Source of the DNA: Macrostomum lignano
Taxonomy: Eukaryota
Direction of reading: 5' to 3'
Length of the DNA stretch: 64,000 bases
NCBI GenBank assembly: GCA_002269645.1
Contig: NIVC01003000.1
Coordinates: forward strand, 62,001 to 126,000
Below are positions 1-11,066 of the stretch, piece by piece (within the stretch, counting starts at the first letter, position 1; every line of letters starts with the position of its first letter). The position numbers were made by a program, and so were the translations under genes. The notes below the pieces were generated by a model that did not search any database, was not told the origin of the DNA, and worked only from the letters and a program-made list of their open reading frames with translations.

Positions 1-582
1 ACTTGGTCCTGCTGGTGAACATGATCGCTGCGGTCTTAGTCTTAGAGAGCCTTAAACCACAGCGGTCCGCCCATTGCTCAGCGGCGTAGATGAATTTCTG
101 AAGAAGGTTCCTGAGGGTATCAGGGGACGGACCAGATGACACCGCGGTGACATCGTCCGCATATCCAACTTTCAGAATGGGGTCAGGCCGAACATCCCGG
201 AGGAGCTCATCGATGACCATATTCCAGAAAACTGGAGACAGCACCCCACCTTGCAGGCTACCTTTGCAGACGGGGACCGTCCTCTGGTAGCCCAGCAGAC
301 TGGCGGTGGCCGTGCGATGGCTGATCATGTACATGATCCATCTGGTGAGATGTGAGTGCGTTTGCCTCTCACGAAAAGCTCTTCGGAACGCGTCAAAGAG
401 GACGCTATCGAAGGCGCCAATGATATCCAGGAAGATCCCCAGAGCAAAGCCACTACCAAGCACGGCCTTCTCGAGTTTATCGACCAGGACGTGCAGCGCG
501 CTTTCAGTGGAGCGACCCGCCCGAAAAGCGTGCTGGTTCTCGCTGAGAGGTTTGTTCTTCAGCTCAACAGAGTCAAGATGGA
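1..582 (-). mobile_element. Non-LTR retrotransposon RT fragment (LINE-C; third subfamily related to LINE-A/B), runs off the window edge
   Basis: The minus strand reads ...VELKNKPLSENQHAF..., and 151-170 reverse-complements to GTTGGATATGCGGACGATG = VGYADD (RT catalytic motif). It aligns by eye with 20546-20790 but is clearly diverged. The 5' junction (~582) is approximate. Confidence 0.85.
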
Positions 583-585
583 AAT

Positions 586-1766
586 TCTGCGTCAGGAGCC
601 GAGATGGGGCCAGAGGCACAACCGGCCCCCCGGTGCCCCCTGCGGGGATCGAGTCAACCCCACGGGCGAGGGAGACTCCGCCCCACTTCGACTCCTGCGC
701 ACCGCTCCGACGCCGAGCTCCGCTGCCGGCATGATGCCTCCTAGCGAAGCGATCGGGCTGACTCTGGCCCAAGTCCGCTGGCAATTGGCTGCGCAGGGTG
801 CCACTGCGACTCACGCTCCGCAAGCATCAGCTCCTAGTCCTCCAGCTCCGAAAGCCATGGTCGTCGACCCGACTCCACCGGTGCCGGGACCAAGGGAGCC
901 GACGCAAAAGGCCGAAGCTATGACTCCACCCTGGCCTACGGTTTGCCGCGTGGTCGGGCCAGACTTACGTCTGGAACCGGCCTCGCCGCCTAACAGCAGC
1001 AGCACGCCACTGTCCCGGAGGACGCCCGGCCGGAGAGGAGGATGCCGGTCATGCAGCGGCTCAGACCTCCGACCATGAGTTGACCGAGGACAGCTTTCCC
1101 ACCTACTCGTGGAGCCAGCTCGCTGATGAACTGCGAGCTGCTTGTCCAGCGGCGCTTCCCAACTCGCCGCAGCCAGCTTTCACGGAGGACGCCGCCATCC
1201 AGTTTGTCAGCACGGGAGCATCCGGGCTGGACGTCGCCGGTATAGTCGGCTCAGGAGCATCCGGCCTGGACGTCGCCGGTACAGGAGCATCCGGCCTGGA
1301 CGTCGCCGGTGTAGCCGGCACTGGAAGGTTCGGCCAGAACGTCGCCGGTCTATTCGGCTCAGGAGCATCCGGCCTGGACGTCTCCGGTGTAGCCGGCTCG
1401 GGAGCGGACGGCCGGGGCATCATCGGCCTGATTGGCGGCCAGGCGCTGATTGACCAAGGGGCCACTTATGTCGCCGGCCTACTGGTCATGGCGGCCCAAG
1501 CCGGGGAGTGGCCCGACTTCGTGGAATGGCCGCACTGGGACCGGCTGCGTAGCCTAGCGGATGGTGAACACCAGGTCCTGATGAACAGTGCAGCCCGGCT
1601 TGCTCGTAGCGAGCTGGCACAGCCACGGCACCCGGAAGTTCTGCACGCGGTCACCGGTCTCATCATCCGCGCCATCGCAGGCCGCGCACCGGTGATGCCG
1701 GACATTATTGCTAGGTCCTGTGGAAATCAGAAAAAAACAATTAACAGCAACTCGCATGACAATTGA
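586..1766 (+). CDS. Low-complexity Pro/Ala/Gly-rich ORF of unknown function, probably one reading frame with a frameshift near 1010-1020 and its 5' part outside or interrupted
   Basis: ORF 356..1078 beyond the LINE junction and ORF 1080..1766 are contiguous GC-rich open frames. The frame of 1080 stays open upstream (RPAGEEDAGHAAAQTSDHELTEDSF). No recognisable domain. Confidence 0.35.
1215..1405 (+). repeat. Coding-type tandem repeat (GASGLDVAG units)
   Basis: GGAGCATCCGG(G/C)CTGGACGTC(G/T)CCGGT recurs at about 1215, 1254, 1284 and 1362, with in-frame spacers. Confidence 0.85.
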
Positions 1767-1872
1767 ATTCAAGACATTGCCCAGGGTGCTCCCAACTCCC
1801 GAGCCTTCGGCTCAGCCGGGCACCGGCATGTCAAAGGGCCCCTTTTGCTCACTTGCATTTGTTCTCGGTGCT

Positions 1873-2110
1873 GTATTTAGGCGCCTGTTTTCTGCGGGCT
1901 GGCGCCCCCGCTTCTATTTAGGGCTTCATTACGGCCTTCGCCCAGCTGAAATTGTCATAAAAACGGTTGCGGCGGATTCCGTTGCTCCCTTTTGCGCCGT
2001 TTGTCAGCGCCCCTTTCTCTTGCTCCACACTTACTTAGGCCTCTGCTCATTGTTCAACGGCAATCCACCATGTTTAGGCGCTACTTTCTCAGGGCTGGCG
2101 CCCCCTCCCA
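1873..2110 (+). repeat. Pair of ~35-bp imperfect direct repeats, possibly subterminal repeats of a decayed DNA transposon
   Basis: TTTAGGCGCCTGTTTTCTGCGGGCTGGCGCCCCC (~1876) and TTTAGGCGCTACTTTCTCAGGGCTGGCGCCCCC (~2073). Confidence 0.6.
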
Positions 2111-2289
2111 TGTTCTAATACTCAAGGGCTGCAAGGGCCTTGGCCAAGCCATTGCGTCATTGTGACAATACCATATTTTTGCCAAAGACCCATCTCTTTC
2201 TTTTATCAAATTAAATTTTACTACTCGTATTTAGCTATTTTATTAAATAAAGCGCGCTTCGCTTTCACTCCGCCTCTTCATTTGAACGG

Positions 2290-3101
2290 GGAGAGTGTAG
2301 TCACACCTTTACCCGGGTCGACCAAGAAATGCTGGAGTTCATGGAGGAAACCATCAACACGAACCCGAGTATGACTTTAGCCGAGTTGAAAACTGGATTG
2401 CACGCTCGATATCCTGACAAGCATGATGTCTCCATCGCAACAATAGGTCGACACCTCGACGAGCTGTTGTAGACAACGAAGCTTGTGAGAGAGTTGCCAG
2501 TAGAGAGAAATTCGCTGGCGAATCTGGAACAGCATCGTGCCTACTGTGAGTGGTGGTGCAGTCCGGCTGTAGTCAACAACCCAAAGGTCTATGTGGAAGA
2601 GTTCGGCTTCAATTGTTGGACACGACGCACGCAAGGACGCGCTCCTCAAGGCCAGAGGGCGTACAGACTCGTCGCAGGTTCAAAGGGTCCTCGTTTGTCG
2701 GTTTGCTGCTCTATATCTCCAGGGGTTGGAGTAATGCACTTTCAAACTTACCTGACTGGCATGACGAAAGAGCGTTTTGGTGAATTTCTCAACATCAGGC
2801 CGGCAAAATCCAAGCTGCGTTCAATGTGCCAGCATAGATTATTTACGACAATGTGAGCAGTCACAACGATGGTGAAGACCAAGAAGTCGCCGGAGTTGTC
2901 CAAATACTACGCCTGTCACCTTACAGTCCGTTCTTGACGCTAGTCGAGAATGCAATTTCTGCCTGGAAAGCTGCCATCAAGGCCGAGCTCACGAGAAACA
3001 TGGACGCTTTCCTGAATCCGGACCAGGCGACATTGGCTGGACGAAGCAAGGCTACCTACCGGCGTGACCTTCTGGAGGCTGTCACAAAGTCAAAGCTGTA
3101 A
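2290..3101 (+). pseudogene. IS630-Tc1-mariner (DDE_3-type) transposase pseudogene
   Basis: HTH-like MLEFMEETINTNPSMTLAELK...VSIATIGRHL, then VYVEEFGFNCWTRRTQGRAPQG and LRLSPYSPFLTLVENAISAWKAAIK (cf. LPPYSPxLNPIE). There is an internal stop at ~2470 and frameshifts. TIRs not found. Confidence 0.85.
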
Positions 3102-3287
3102 AAGAAAGTAAATACATTGAATGTTCACTGTAACAGGTTTGGAGTGTCCCAAAAGAATGACAGAATTCAGGAAAGAAAATTATTTGTCTATAATTACTTA
3201 TCTTAATCGATTGAAAAGTGTCGGAATTGAATTTGCGGAATGGAAATTCCAACCAGAAAAACCATAATGCGCAGGCTCTTTTTACCC

Positions 3288-3508
3288 CACTTGGCGGAAT
3301 TGGTTGGCAATTGTTAGAACTGATTGACTTTTTGTCGAAAGTGTATGCAAAGTTTTGATTTTGAATCGCAGTTTGTCGCAACTGGTTGAAAACGGATGCC
3401 TCACTTGACGGAATTGGTTTGAAGTTGTTGGAACTGATTGAATTTTTGTAGGAAATGTATGCGAATTTTCAAATTTGTATCACTGTTAGTCTAAACTGGT
3501 TCAAAATC
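3288..3508 (+). repeat. Diverged tandem duplication, ~114-bp period
   Basis: CACTTGGCGGAATTGGTTGGCAATTGTTAGAACTGATTGAC at 3288 vs CACTTGACGGAATTGGTTTGAAGTTGTTGGAACTGATTGAA at 3402. Confidence 0.75.
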
Positions 3509-3759
3509 TAAGCTGTCACAACCAAAAAGTGTCGGAATCGGAAGCCAGAAAATTAAAATCGGTTGCAGATAGTTCAAAACTGAAAGTGAAAAGGTGTAAC
3601 GCATTTCAGGTGCGTGCTACCATTGCTACTAAAAACTTTCCGCCTTCTAAGATCCCATCTGAAAATGCACTAAGATAGGGCTAGTAGGCAGCACCTTAAG
3701 GACAGGATCTTTTTTGATCCTCTGATGAACCTTATTGCGCTAGGAATATCTCTGCAGCC

Positions 3760-4400
3760 AGCATACGAGCTACTTGTGAACTGTTTGTATTTAAATTGGT
3801 ACATATGAGCCCCAGTTCGTCCCACTCTGGCATGATCACTGTTTCGATCTACTCAATGCTTTGCGGTTTGAAAATCAGCCCATAATTCTAGGAATGGATT
3901 CAACAAGTGCACCAATTCCACGCATCCAGGGATATCTGCAGAAAGATTTATACTACCACGCATTGGTCTTGGGGAAGGAATCTCCTGTTTCAGTGCTTGA
4001 GCTATTGTCCTCATCTCAGACTGCTACGACTTTGAAGTTCATCATTGACCTATGGGTTACGCGTGCCGGGATGTCCATTTCGGGCTTGCACTTTGATCAA
4101 GTTGTAATTGACTACAATATTCCGACGCTGCAAGCGTCCTTGCTGGATTCAACGGCGCTAGCATTTTCGGATATTTGCAATCTGACTCTAAGTCTGACTT
4201 TAACAGTCGGAAGTCACATGTCCATAAATTTTGCTATTGGTCTGAGTATTCCAACTGCCAAAGTAAAATCGTTAGAACATTGAAGTAGGCCTTTTTATCA
4301 TTTGTTCGTTCAAATAGCATTCACCAGGCCGGGATTGTGCTGGAAAGCTTTTTTCGCATCTTTTTGGAGCCACTTTCGAATTCCATATTATAAGCTCATC
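3760..4400 (+). pseudogene. NOF-FB-like / MULE-type transposase fragment
   Basis: ORF 3861..4283 contains LGMDSTS...LYYHALV...PVSVLELLSSSQTATTL...QVVIDYNIPTLQASL, resembling the IDATG / PVAEMLS / VVxDFSxALL motifs of Foldback-NOF-type transposases. Recognised by eye only. Confidence 0.5.
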
Positions 4401-5191
4401 GTGTTCTTCAAGAAGCTGAAAAAGATGACATCAGCGATACCTATGCAGAACTAACAAGTGACCTGCTGTACCATCGTCCTGACAGTAAAGAAAATCGGCA
4501 TTGTTTGAAGTAATGACTATTTCTACATGAAGATCGCCACTTTCGCCAATTATCCTACTATGACGATGTCAGTTTCTTTCATGCTTCTTTCTTATTTTGT
4601 GTCGTACATATACAGCATAATATTTATCATCTCTTTCTACGAGCTACATTAGACTTAAATATTTTACTTTATTATTTAGCGTTGACGTATTTTTGCAATA
4701 CAGTATAATTCATAGAAATATTTAACAGTATATAAAACGTATTACAATCTATTTACTCTCATTTCCTCTCTTTCCTTCACATCGTTTCGTTCCTATACTA
4801 CTACCCTTGTGCCATCTTTTATATTAAGAGTAGTATCAATATATATCAAGAGTGGTTTAAGAGACAATCAGGCGGCTGCTGCTGCTTCTGCGGCCGGCCT
4901 CGGAGATTCTGCATAGACATTCTCCTCGTTTCAGTTCGTTATTGAAATGTATCCCACTTTGCCTGTACGCCTTTTCTATCTCACCAGTGCTTTGCTAGCG
5001 GAGATTCTCACTATAAGTAACCTCCGCTGCCATAGACAAAAAATTGACGAAAGATAAATTTACACTTTGTAAAAACTTTAAAACTTTGTAGACTTAAACA
5101 CTGACACTGAGAAGCGTATCAACAAACTATAGTTTATTAGTCACTCGTAAAGAAAGATGTTATTATATAGTCAATCGTATCTACCTCAGGA

Positions 5192-6096
5192 TTACTTAGA
5201 AGTATTGATGGTAGTTGGAACACGGCTCTCAGGGCGGTGGGCAACGTATGCCTTGTACATTGATACGACACATCGGTCAGGATTCTCGCACGGATAGATC
5301 CGTGTAGTCTTGGGCTTCGTGTATGCTTTGCGAAGTCCGATCTTGCTATTCTTGGATGTTGTTTCGGTGTAAACTAGCACCTCATCACTTCCGATGGTCA
5401 CTAGTTTAAGCTGGGATCTCTCACCATACAATAGATCACGATGTTCTTGGCAGGCTCGGAAGGAAAAGTGCAATCAAAGATGATAAACCAACGTATTGAC
5501 GAGCTGGGTAGGATCCGACAGTCCAAACTTACCCTCTTGCCACATTGCGTTCTCCTCTTCCTTGCTGATGGTACGAGTACGCTTAGGACTCACGTGGAAT
5601 CCTTCCTTGGCGGACAGCTTCATCGCTGCATCGATGCACTGGAACGTTCTCGAAAAAGCCGGGTCCGTTAGTATTGACAATTTTTCCGTAGAAGTTTTGA
5701 AGTTTAAACTGTATGTCGGAGACAAAGCGCTTGATTGTAGCAGGCGGGTAGTGATCACAGTTGCCTTTACGCAGTTCGAAAAGGAAATCTTGTAGTACAT
5801 AGTCCCACTCATCCTTCGTCCCGTGCTCCATCTCTTTCAGAACTTTCTGGTTGTATCTAATCGCACCGTCCAGGCCTCGTACCATGTTAGAAATTTTCCG
5901 AAGTTTCAGTTGACTCGCTTCAGCGTCAGAGGTATGCGCGATTGAATGAATGCCTCAATAGCCGCATCAGTACAAGATATGTACTATAGTAGAAGATAGT
6001 GCTTGTACTTTCAATGTCCCTTAACTCTGCAGGTGTCACACCAGCACCACAAATGGCGTCTACGTCAGCAGCGGTAAACTCTTGGAGTTCATCCAT
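5192..6096 (-). pseudogene. Crypton-type tyrosine recombinase (DUF3504, ZMYM/KCTD1-like) pseudogene, C-terminally truncated
   Basis: LQDFLFELRKGNCDHYPPATI, FQCIDAAMK...ISKEEENAMWQEGKFGLSDPTQLVNTLVYHL and LVYTETTSKNSKIGL...CENPDRCVVSMYKAYVAHRP, spread over several frames. Confidence 0.85.
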
Positions 6097-6996
6097 TGAC
6101 AACTCGTTTGTGTGGCAGGATAAAATGAATCGGTGAAAGACGAGTGTACGCACTTGAAAATTAACGCCTACAGGGAGCAGAGAATACTCATAATCTCCGC
6201 GAATCTAGTCAATATTCTCGGCTCCTTGTATTCGTGGGATACATTATTTTATCTATGTACGAGCGTATCATCTGCTTCACTGTTTAAAATTAGCTCGTAT
6301 ATTCTCTTAATCACAACCGTTAGAGCAAACTATTCACTATAAACTATAAAGATGACGCAACAATTTTCTTTTTTTAGCACACAGAAAGTGCTGGTGAATT
6401 GTTCTTAAAACTGGCGCAACAGAGTAAAGTCGCTGTGGAACGGTGTCATTGAATAAACAGTCTAATAAACATGGAATAAACAGTCTGCAATGATCTACAA
6501 TAAACAGCATGCAATGGACGCATGAAATAAAAGTGTACACAGCAAGGCCTCCACTTTTTTCATTCACCGCCATGTCTTGTCGCACCGGAACTCATAAACC
6601 TGCCTTTGTGCCTGTCATTAAATGTGCAAGTTGCACAGTAAAAGAATTGTTTCTGCTGTGACAACAATCAAAATTTCAGTCCGAAATTAGACCATAACCG
6701 TTATAAGAGCATTTCGAATTTCTACTGCAAGTTTATGTCGGCAGTTTTAAGCATAAAGCTTTCCAGTAAAACATGATTACTATTATTTCTGCTTTTCATC
6801 CGCTACTTTCTCAGCATAATTTCCACTGTTATGATCCTCTTTTAATTCCATATCGATTCTGCATTTCGATTCAGCTAAACCGATTTTTTTTTCTTGGGAA
6901 TTTTAATTTGGACAAAACTGGGTACATCTTTTTGTGTAAAAGTCTGAGTGAGTAAGAGAAAGTGACACTAAAAGTTTACACATTCTAACGGTACAC

Positions 6997-8740
6997 TTAC
7001 GAGCAGTCGGAGCAAAAATAACGGGTGTCATGCACTTCGCGTGCCGTGTGCGATCTGCAAAGACCTTCGTCACAGACATAGCTCCGTCGTGTTGTACTTA
7101 GCAGGTTTTTCTCTTCCTTGCTTTTGTGTCGGGCACACATCCCGCAGCGCTTTCGTCCACCGGTGGAAACCTTGGCCGCTGCCTCGCGAGCGAAAGTTTT
7201 AAACTCTCGTCGCTCACAGAGCATTCGGCGAGCTGGAACATCAATCGCTGATTTTTTTTTCATGTTTCGAAGCAAATTTTGCGAATTAGAACCACGCTTG
7301 ATCAACGGCCGGAGCAGTTGGTCTGCCGCACAGCGTTGAAACTCGTTTCGCATATTAGTCCGGCGAAGGTCAGGATGCAGGAATCGCCAAATCGCCAAGG
7401 CGTTCACAGCGGCGATGTTTACGATGGCACCAGAAAAAAATTGCTTTTTCACCAGAGTCAGAGATCCGCTCGCTGTCGGAAGTGCGAAACATTCGGTTTC
7501 ACACATCGGTACCACATTTAGTCTTATTGTAATAAACGCCAATTGCCTCTGGCTTGCCGTTGGGAAGAACCCGTGCATCGTGATGCATTGTAGAAAGCAT
7601 CAGTACATTACGACCAACTTTCGGGCAATAGGAAATACATGTCAGCTCTTCTGAGAATCTGAACTCTGTTGAATGAGGAGCTTTCGATCGAATCGGATCT
7701 GTTAGAGAAGTTGGGAGCCCGCGTCGGTTTCGCATCACTGTTCCCACGAAATTAGTCTTCATCTTGTGGTACAGAAACTTAGCAAGAGCTGGGTTTGAAA
7801 AAAAATGGTCACATGTAACGTTGTACCAGTTACCTCGGAATTCGTTGACAAGACGGCAGACAACTTGTTCACTGCTCCAAACTTCTGCGCCGGTTGCTGC
7901 TAGAGCTTCAAAATCGTTTGTCACGTGGGACGTCAGAAGTTTACCCTTTCCTGTGCACACTTCTGCGTTGAAAACGTACCGAATGTCTTCTGAGCCCTCA
8001 ACTACAGGGTTGCCGGTCGAAGTCAAAAGAAAGAGCTTAGCACCATAGCGACATGATTTTTCCTTCAGAAACGTTGTGAAGTCACAGTCCACTTCCCAGT
8101 AAACTACTAGAGTCTCATCAACGCAAAGATAGGGCCCAGGGAGTACTGGAACCCGCAGGTGAGACACGAAAGAGTCCCACAGTCTCCTGACTCCATGCAT
8201 ACTGTCGTAGCCGCAGTTCGCATCCGGTTTTCGGCCATGTCGAAGCGTAAATTGCACCAAATCATTTCGAATCGATCCCTGCTAAAAGCACACTGTAGCA
8301 AAGGATGGCATCCACATTTACGTCCGTGCTCCATAAATCGTGGACCGAAACATTACGGAGGTTGTTGCAACCGTAGTAGAAAAAACGCCTATGATTCCTT
8401 CTATTTCGATCCTGTCTACTAGTTCAAAACTGTCCTCACGGCTCTCCCGAAGATTTTCGTTCGTCGCATTCACAATGGTGTCGAGCATCCCCGAATCAAA
8501 GAAGCCCATCACAACGTCGCGTTCCGTTTGACCGATTGTTTGTCAGTTGATTGAAGGGTTCAATTCGTCTCTCAGACGAGGCACCTTGTCGCTTGGCCAC
8601 TTTCTTGACCTTGGAGGCATTTTAGTCCAATCGATGGTCTCTGCACGCACCGGAAAAATGGCCCTTCGCTGAACAGAGTTTTCAGGATCCGGGATGAATT
8701 CATCATCGGACGGAATATAATTGTCGCTGGCGTCAGCCAT
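6997..8740 (-). pseudogene. piggyBac transposase pseudogene (DDE_Tnp_1_7) with C-terminal Cys-rich domain
   Basis: Acidic N-terminus, LCVDETLV (D1), VTCDHFFSN (D2), YNKTKCGTDV (D3 region) and C-terminal RCGMC...CDEGLCRSH...CSDCS. Several frameshifts. No TTAA-CC termini found nearby. Confidence 0.9.
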
Positions 8741-9058
8741 TGAGTAGTTGTTAAATAGAAATATAGCCAAATGCGTCCTTTAGTCCAGGTTGCTCAGTAA
8801 GCAATGTTATTTTACTAGAAGGCAGAGTAGACGAGCTAAAACTTGAATCTGCTATACACTGAAAGTCTTGCAAAATCTTACTTAGGGCAGAGGTATCCTC
8901 AGCAGTGGCAGGGTGACTTAAAAAATTGCAAGTTAAAGTCACTCTTTAGATTCCATCGTCCTCCTCTGGCCACCAGCGTTTATCGTCTATGGCGCGAATT
9001 CTGCCCTTCATTCAAGACAGTAAACGAATTTTGCAGATAAGTGGGAGGTATCTCTTGC

Positions 9059-9272
9059 TGTCTATGGTAAAAAGCCGTCCAAAAGGATTCAAGCCGTCGT
9101 TTCAGTTCATTTCAGTCCTCAACAGCCAGTCTATATTAGTGTTATGGGTAGGCTAAAGCGCAGACGCACAACGCGGTTTCACGTCCACAGAAACTGTCTA
9201 TGGTTGAAAAAGCTTTAGCTATATGCTTAGTGGCGGTTTCGCAGTCCGCGGAGACTGTCTATGGTTGAAACC
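9059..9272 (+). repeat. Dispersed CTGTCTATGGT motif cluster
   Basis: CTGTCTATGGT at ~9059, ~9195 and ~9256, with an inverted ACCATAGACAG at ~9780 and GCCATAGACAC at ~9986. Confidence 0.5.
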
Positions 9273-10059
9273 CAAATAGAGTTTTAGGCATTCTTCTCCT
9301 GGTGGGTGGGAGAGAAAAATAAGATTTAAACAGCTTTAAAGGTTCGGAATTAGCCATGTTTCACTGGGAATCAATACTAGAGGAAGATATTAGCGGTTTA
9401 GAAATGAATGAGACTGTGTTTCTGCAGCAACTTGGACATCGTGATCCTGGTGAAGAAGTTAGTCAGTGGACTGGTCTGAGCGTAAGACAGCAGCAGTCGA
9501 TTGACGCAGAATTGTCTAATTTAAGCACATTCAACATTACACCACGCTAGACAGATGTGTCGTGGATTGCAGTTTCTAACTACGACCATGTATTTGAGGT
9601 AACTATTGATGAACTATCCAACCACATCTCATTCTGTGTTCCCAAACGTTATTTACTGAATTCTTTCGTTTATTTCGTGTTTCATTCATGTTGTGTTTGC
9701 TCTCGCAGTGAAATATACTGAGATGAAAAGTTATCCAATTTTACCCATGCTTAAATCAGTCGTGAGCAGATTTGCTTCGACCATAGACAGTGACGGCGGA
9801 CAAATGTAGAGCGTTTCAATCGCATTTCAACCCAGGCAGTCTACCCATAATGCGAATTACGTTTTTAAAGTGCAAAGAGACAGCGATAAGTGAAGTAAGC
9901 GAGGTAATATACCTTTTTGCAATCAATTTCGTCGTTTTTGCGTTCAATTTCGGCGCGAGCGCTAGTGTGCAGTCCAAACAACTGAGCCATAGACACTGGG
10001 AAACTTTTGCGTTCAAATTCGGCCTTTTTGCGTCCTATTTCGCCTATTTTTGCGTTGGC

Positions 10060-10648
10060 CCACCTTTCCCTGTGCTTAGAAGCCACCCACTGGTTGATCC
10101 GAGTGGTGACAACGGCGATGGGGATGGGGGCCACGGGCAGGGGACCATTGAAAGAACCGGTCGAGCCAGCCTTGGCCAGGCGATCGGCCAGCTCGTTGCC
10201 GGGGTGGCCCGAATGCCCGGGGATCCACCTTAGGGACACCTTGTTGGAGGCGCCTAAGCGGTTGAGCTGCCCGATGCAGTCAAGGACTGTATGCGAGCAG
10301 GTGGTAGTGCGCTCAAGGGCGTGAATCGCCGCTTGACTGTCCGAGTGGAGGGTAATTTCCTTCCCCCAGACGCGCTGGTTGTACAGCTCCATGGCGCAGG
10401 AGCTGATGGCGAGTACTTCGTTCTGGAAGACGGTGGAGCAGGTGCCGGTGTGTTGGGAGAAGGTCGCCACAGTTCTCCCTCCAGACACGATGCAGTAGCC
10501 GTATCCAGAGGCGGAGTTGATTTGGGACCCGTCAGTGAAGCAGTGGATTTCATGGGGTTTCCAGTTGTCTCTCGCTTCATGGCGTGGTGGAATGCTGGTT
10601 TTGAAATTGAGCGGGGGACAGAGCGTGGACGGGATTCCGTCCGAGAGG
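10060..10648 (-). mobile_element. LINE-B 3' segment: RNase H domain, cut off before the 3' end
   Basis: Minus strand DGIPSTL...HEIHCFTDGS...STVFQNEVLAI...HSDSQAAI...WIPGHSGHPGNELADRLAK, colinear with the LINE-A ORF2 RNase H. Homology ends at ...RERWAN (~10060). Confidence 0.9.
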
Positions 10649-10651
10649 GTC

Positions 10652-11066
10652 CCCGCTGGAAAATGGTGCCTCAGCGCAAGCGTGATTTTGGCGTTTTTTA
10701 AGCAGAGAAGGCGAGTTTTGGGTGTGCAGAGCGTGCTTTGGGCTGGCTGAGTGTCAGTTAGGCGTAAAATTGGGGTAGTGGGTGGGGGGAGAGAAAAACG
10801 CCAAACCCGCTTAACCAGCTAATAAACGCCTGGGCAACTTAGGCAGCTAATTTTACGCGCAACCAGCTGGAAAGACGCCTAGGCAGCTAAGTTTACGGCC
10901 ATGTAGGAAAGTACGCTTGGGCCGCCGAAATTACGCTCTGCCCGCCCAAATGACGCTTTGGCTGCTCTGACAGCCAATTTTACGCTCAACCAACTGAAGT
11001 GACGCTTAGACAGCTAAGCTTACGCCCAACCAGTTGGAATGACGCCTAGCCAGCTAAGTTTACGCC
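10652..11066 (+). repeat. Left subterminal repeat array of the CMC element
   Basis: (T/G)ACGC cores at 10854, 10874, 10912, 10932, 10952, 10981, 11001, 11021, 11041 and 11061, within a ~40-bp unit CAGCTAAGTTTACGCCCAACCAG(C/T)TGGAA(A/T)GACGCCTAG. Confidence 0.85.

Noticed and set aside
2290-3101. Bacterial IS630 or contamination
   Set aside because: It is embedded among intron-containing eukaryotic elements, and IS630-Tc1-type transposases are common in animals.
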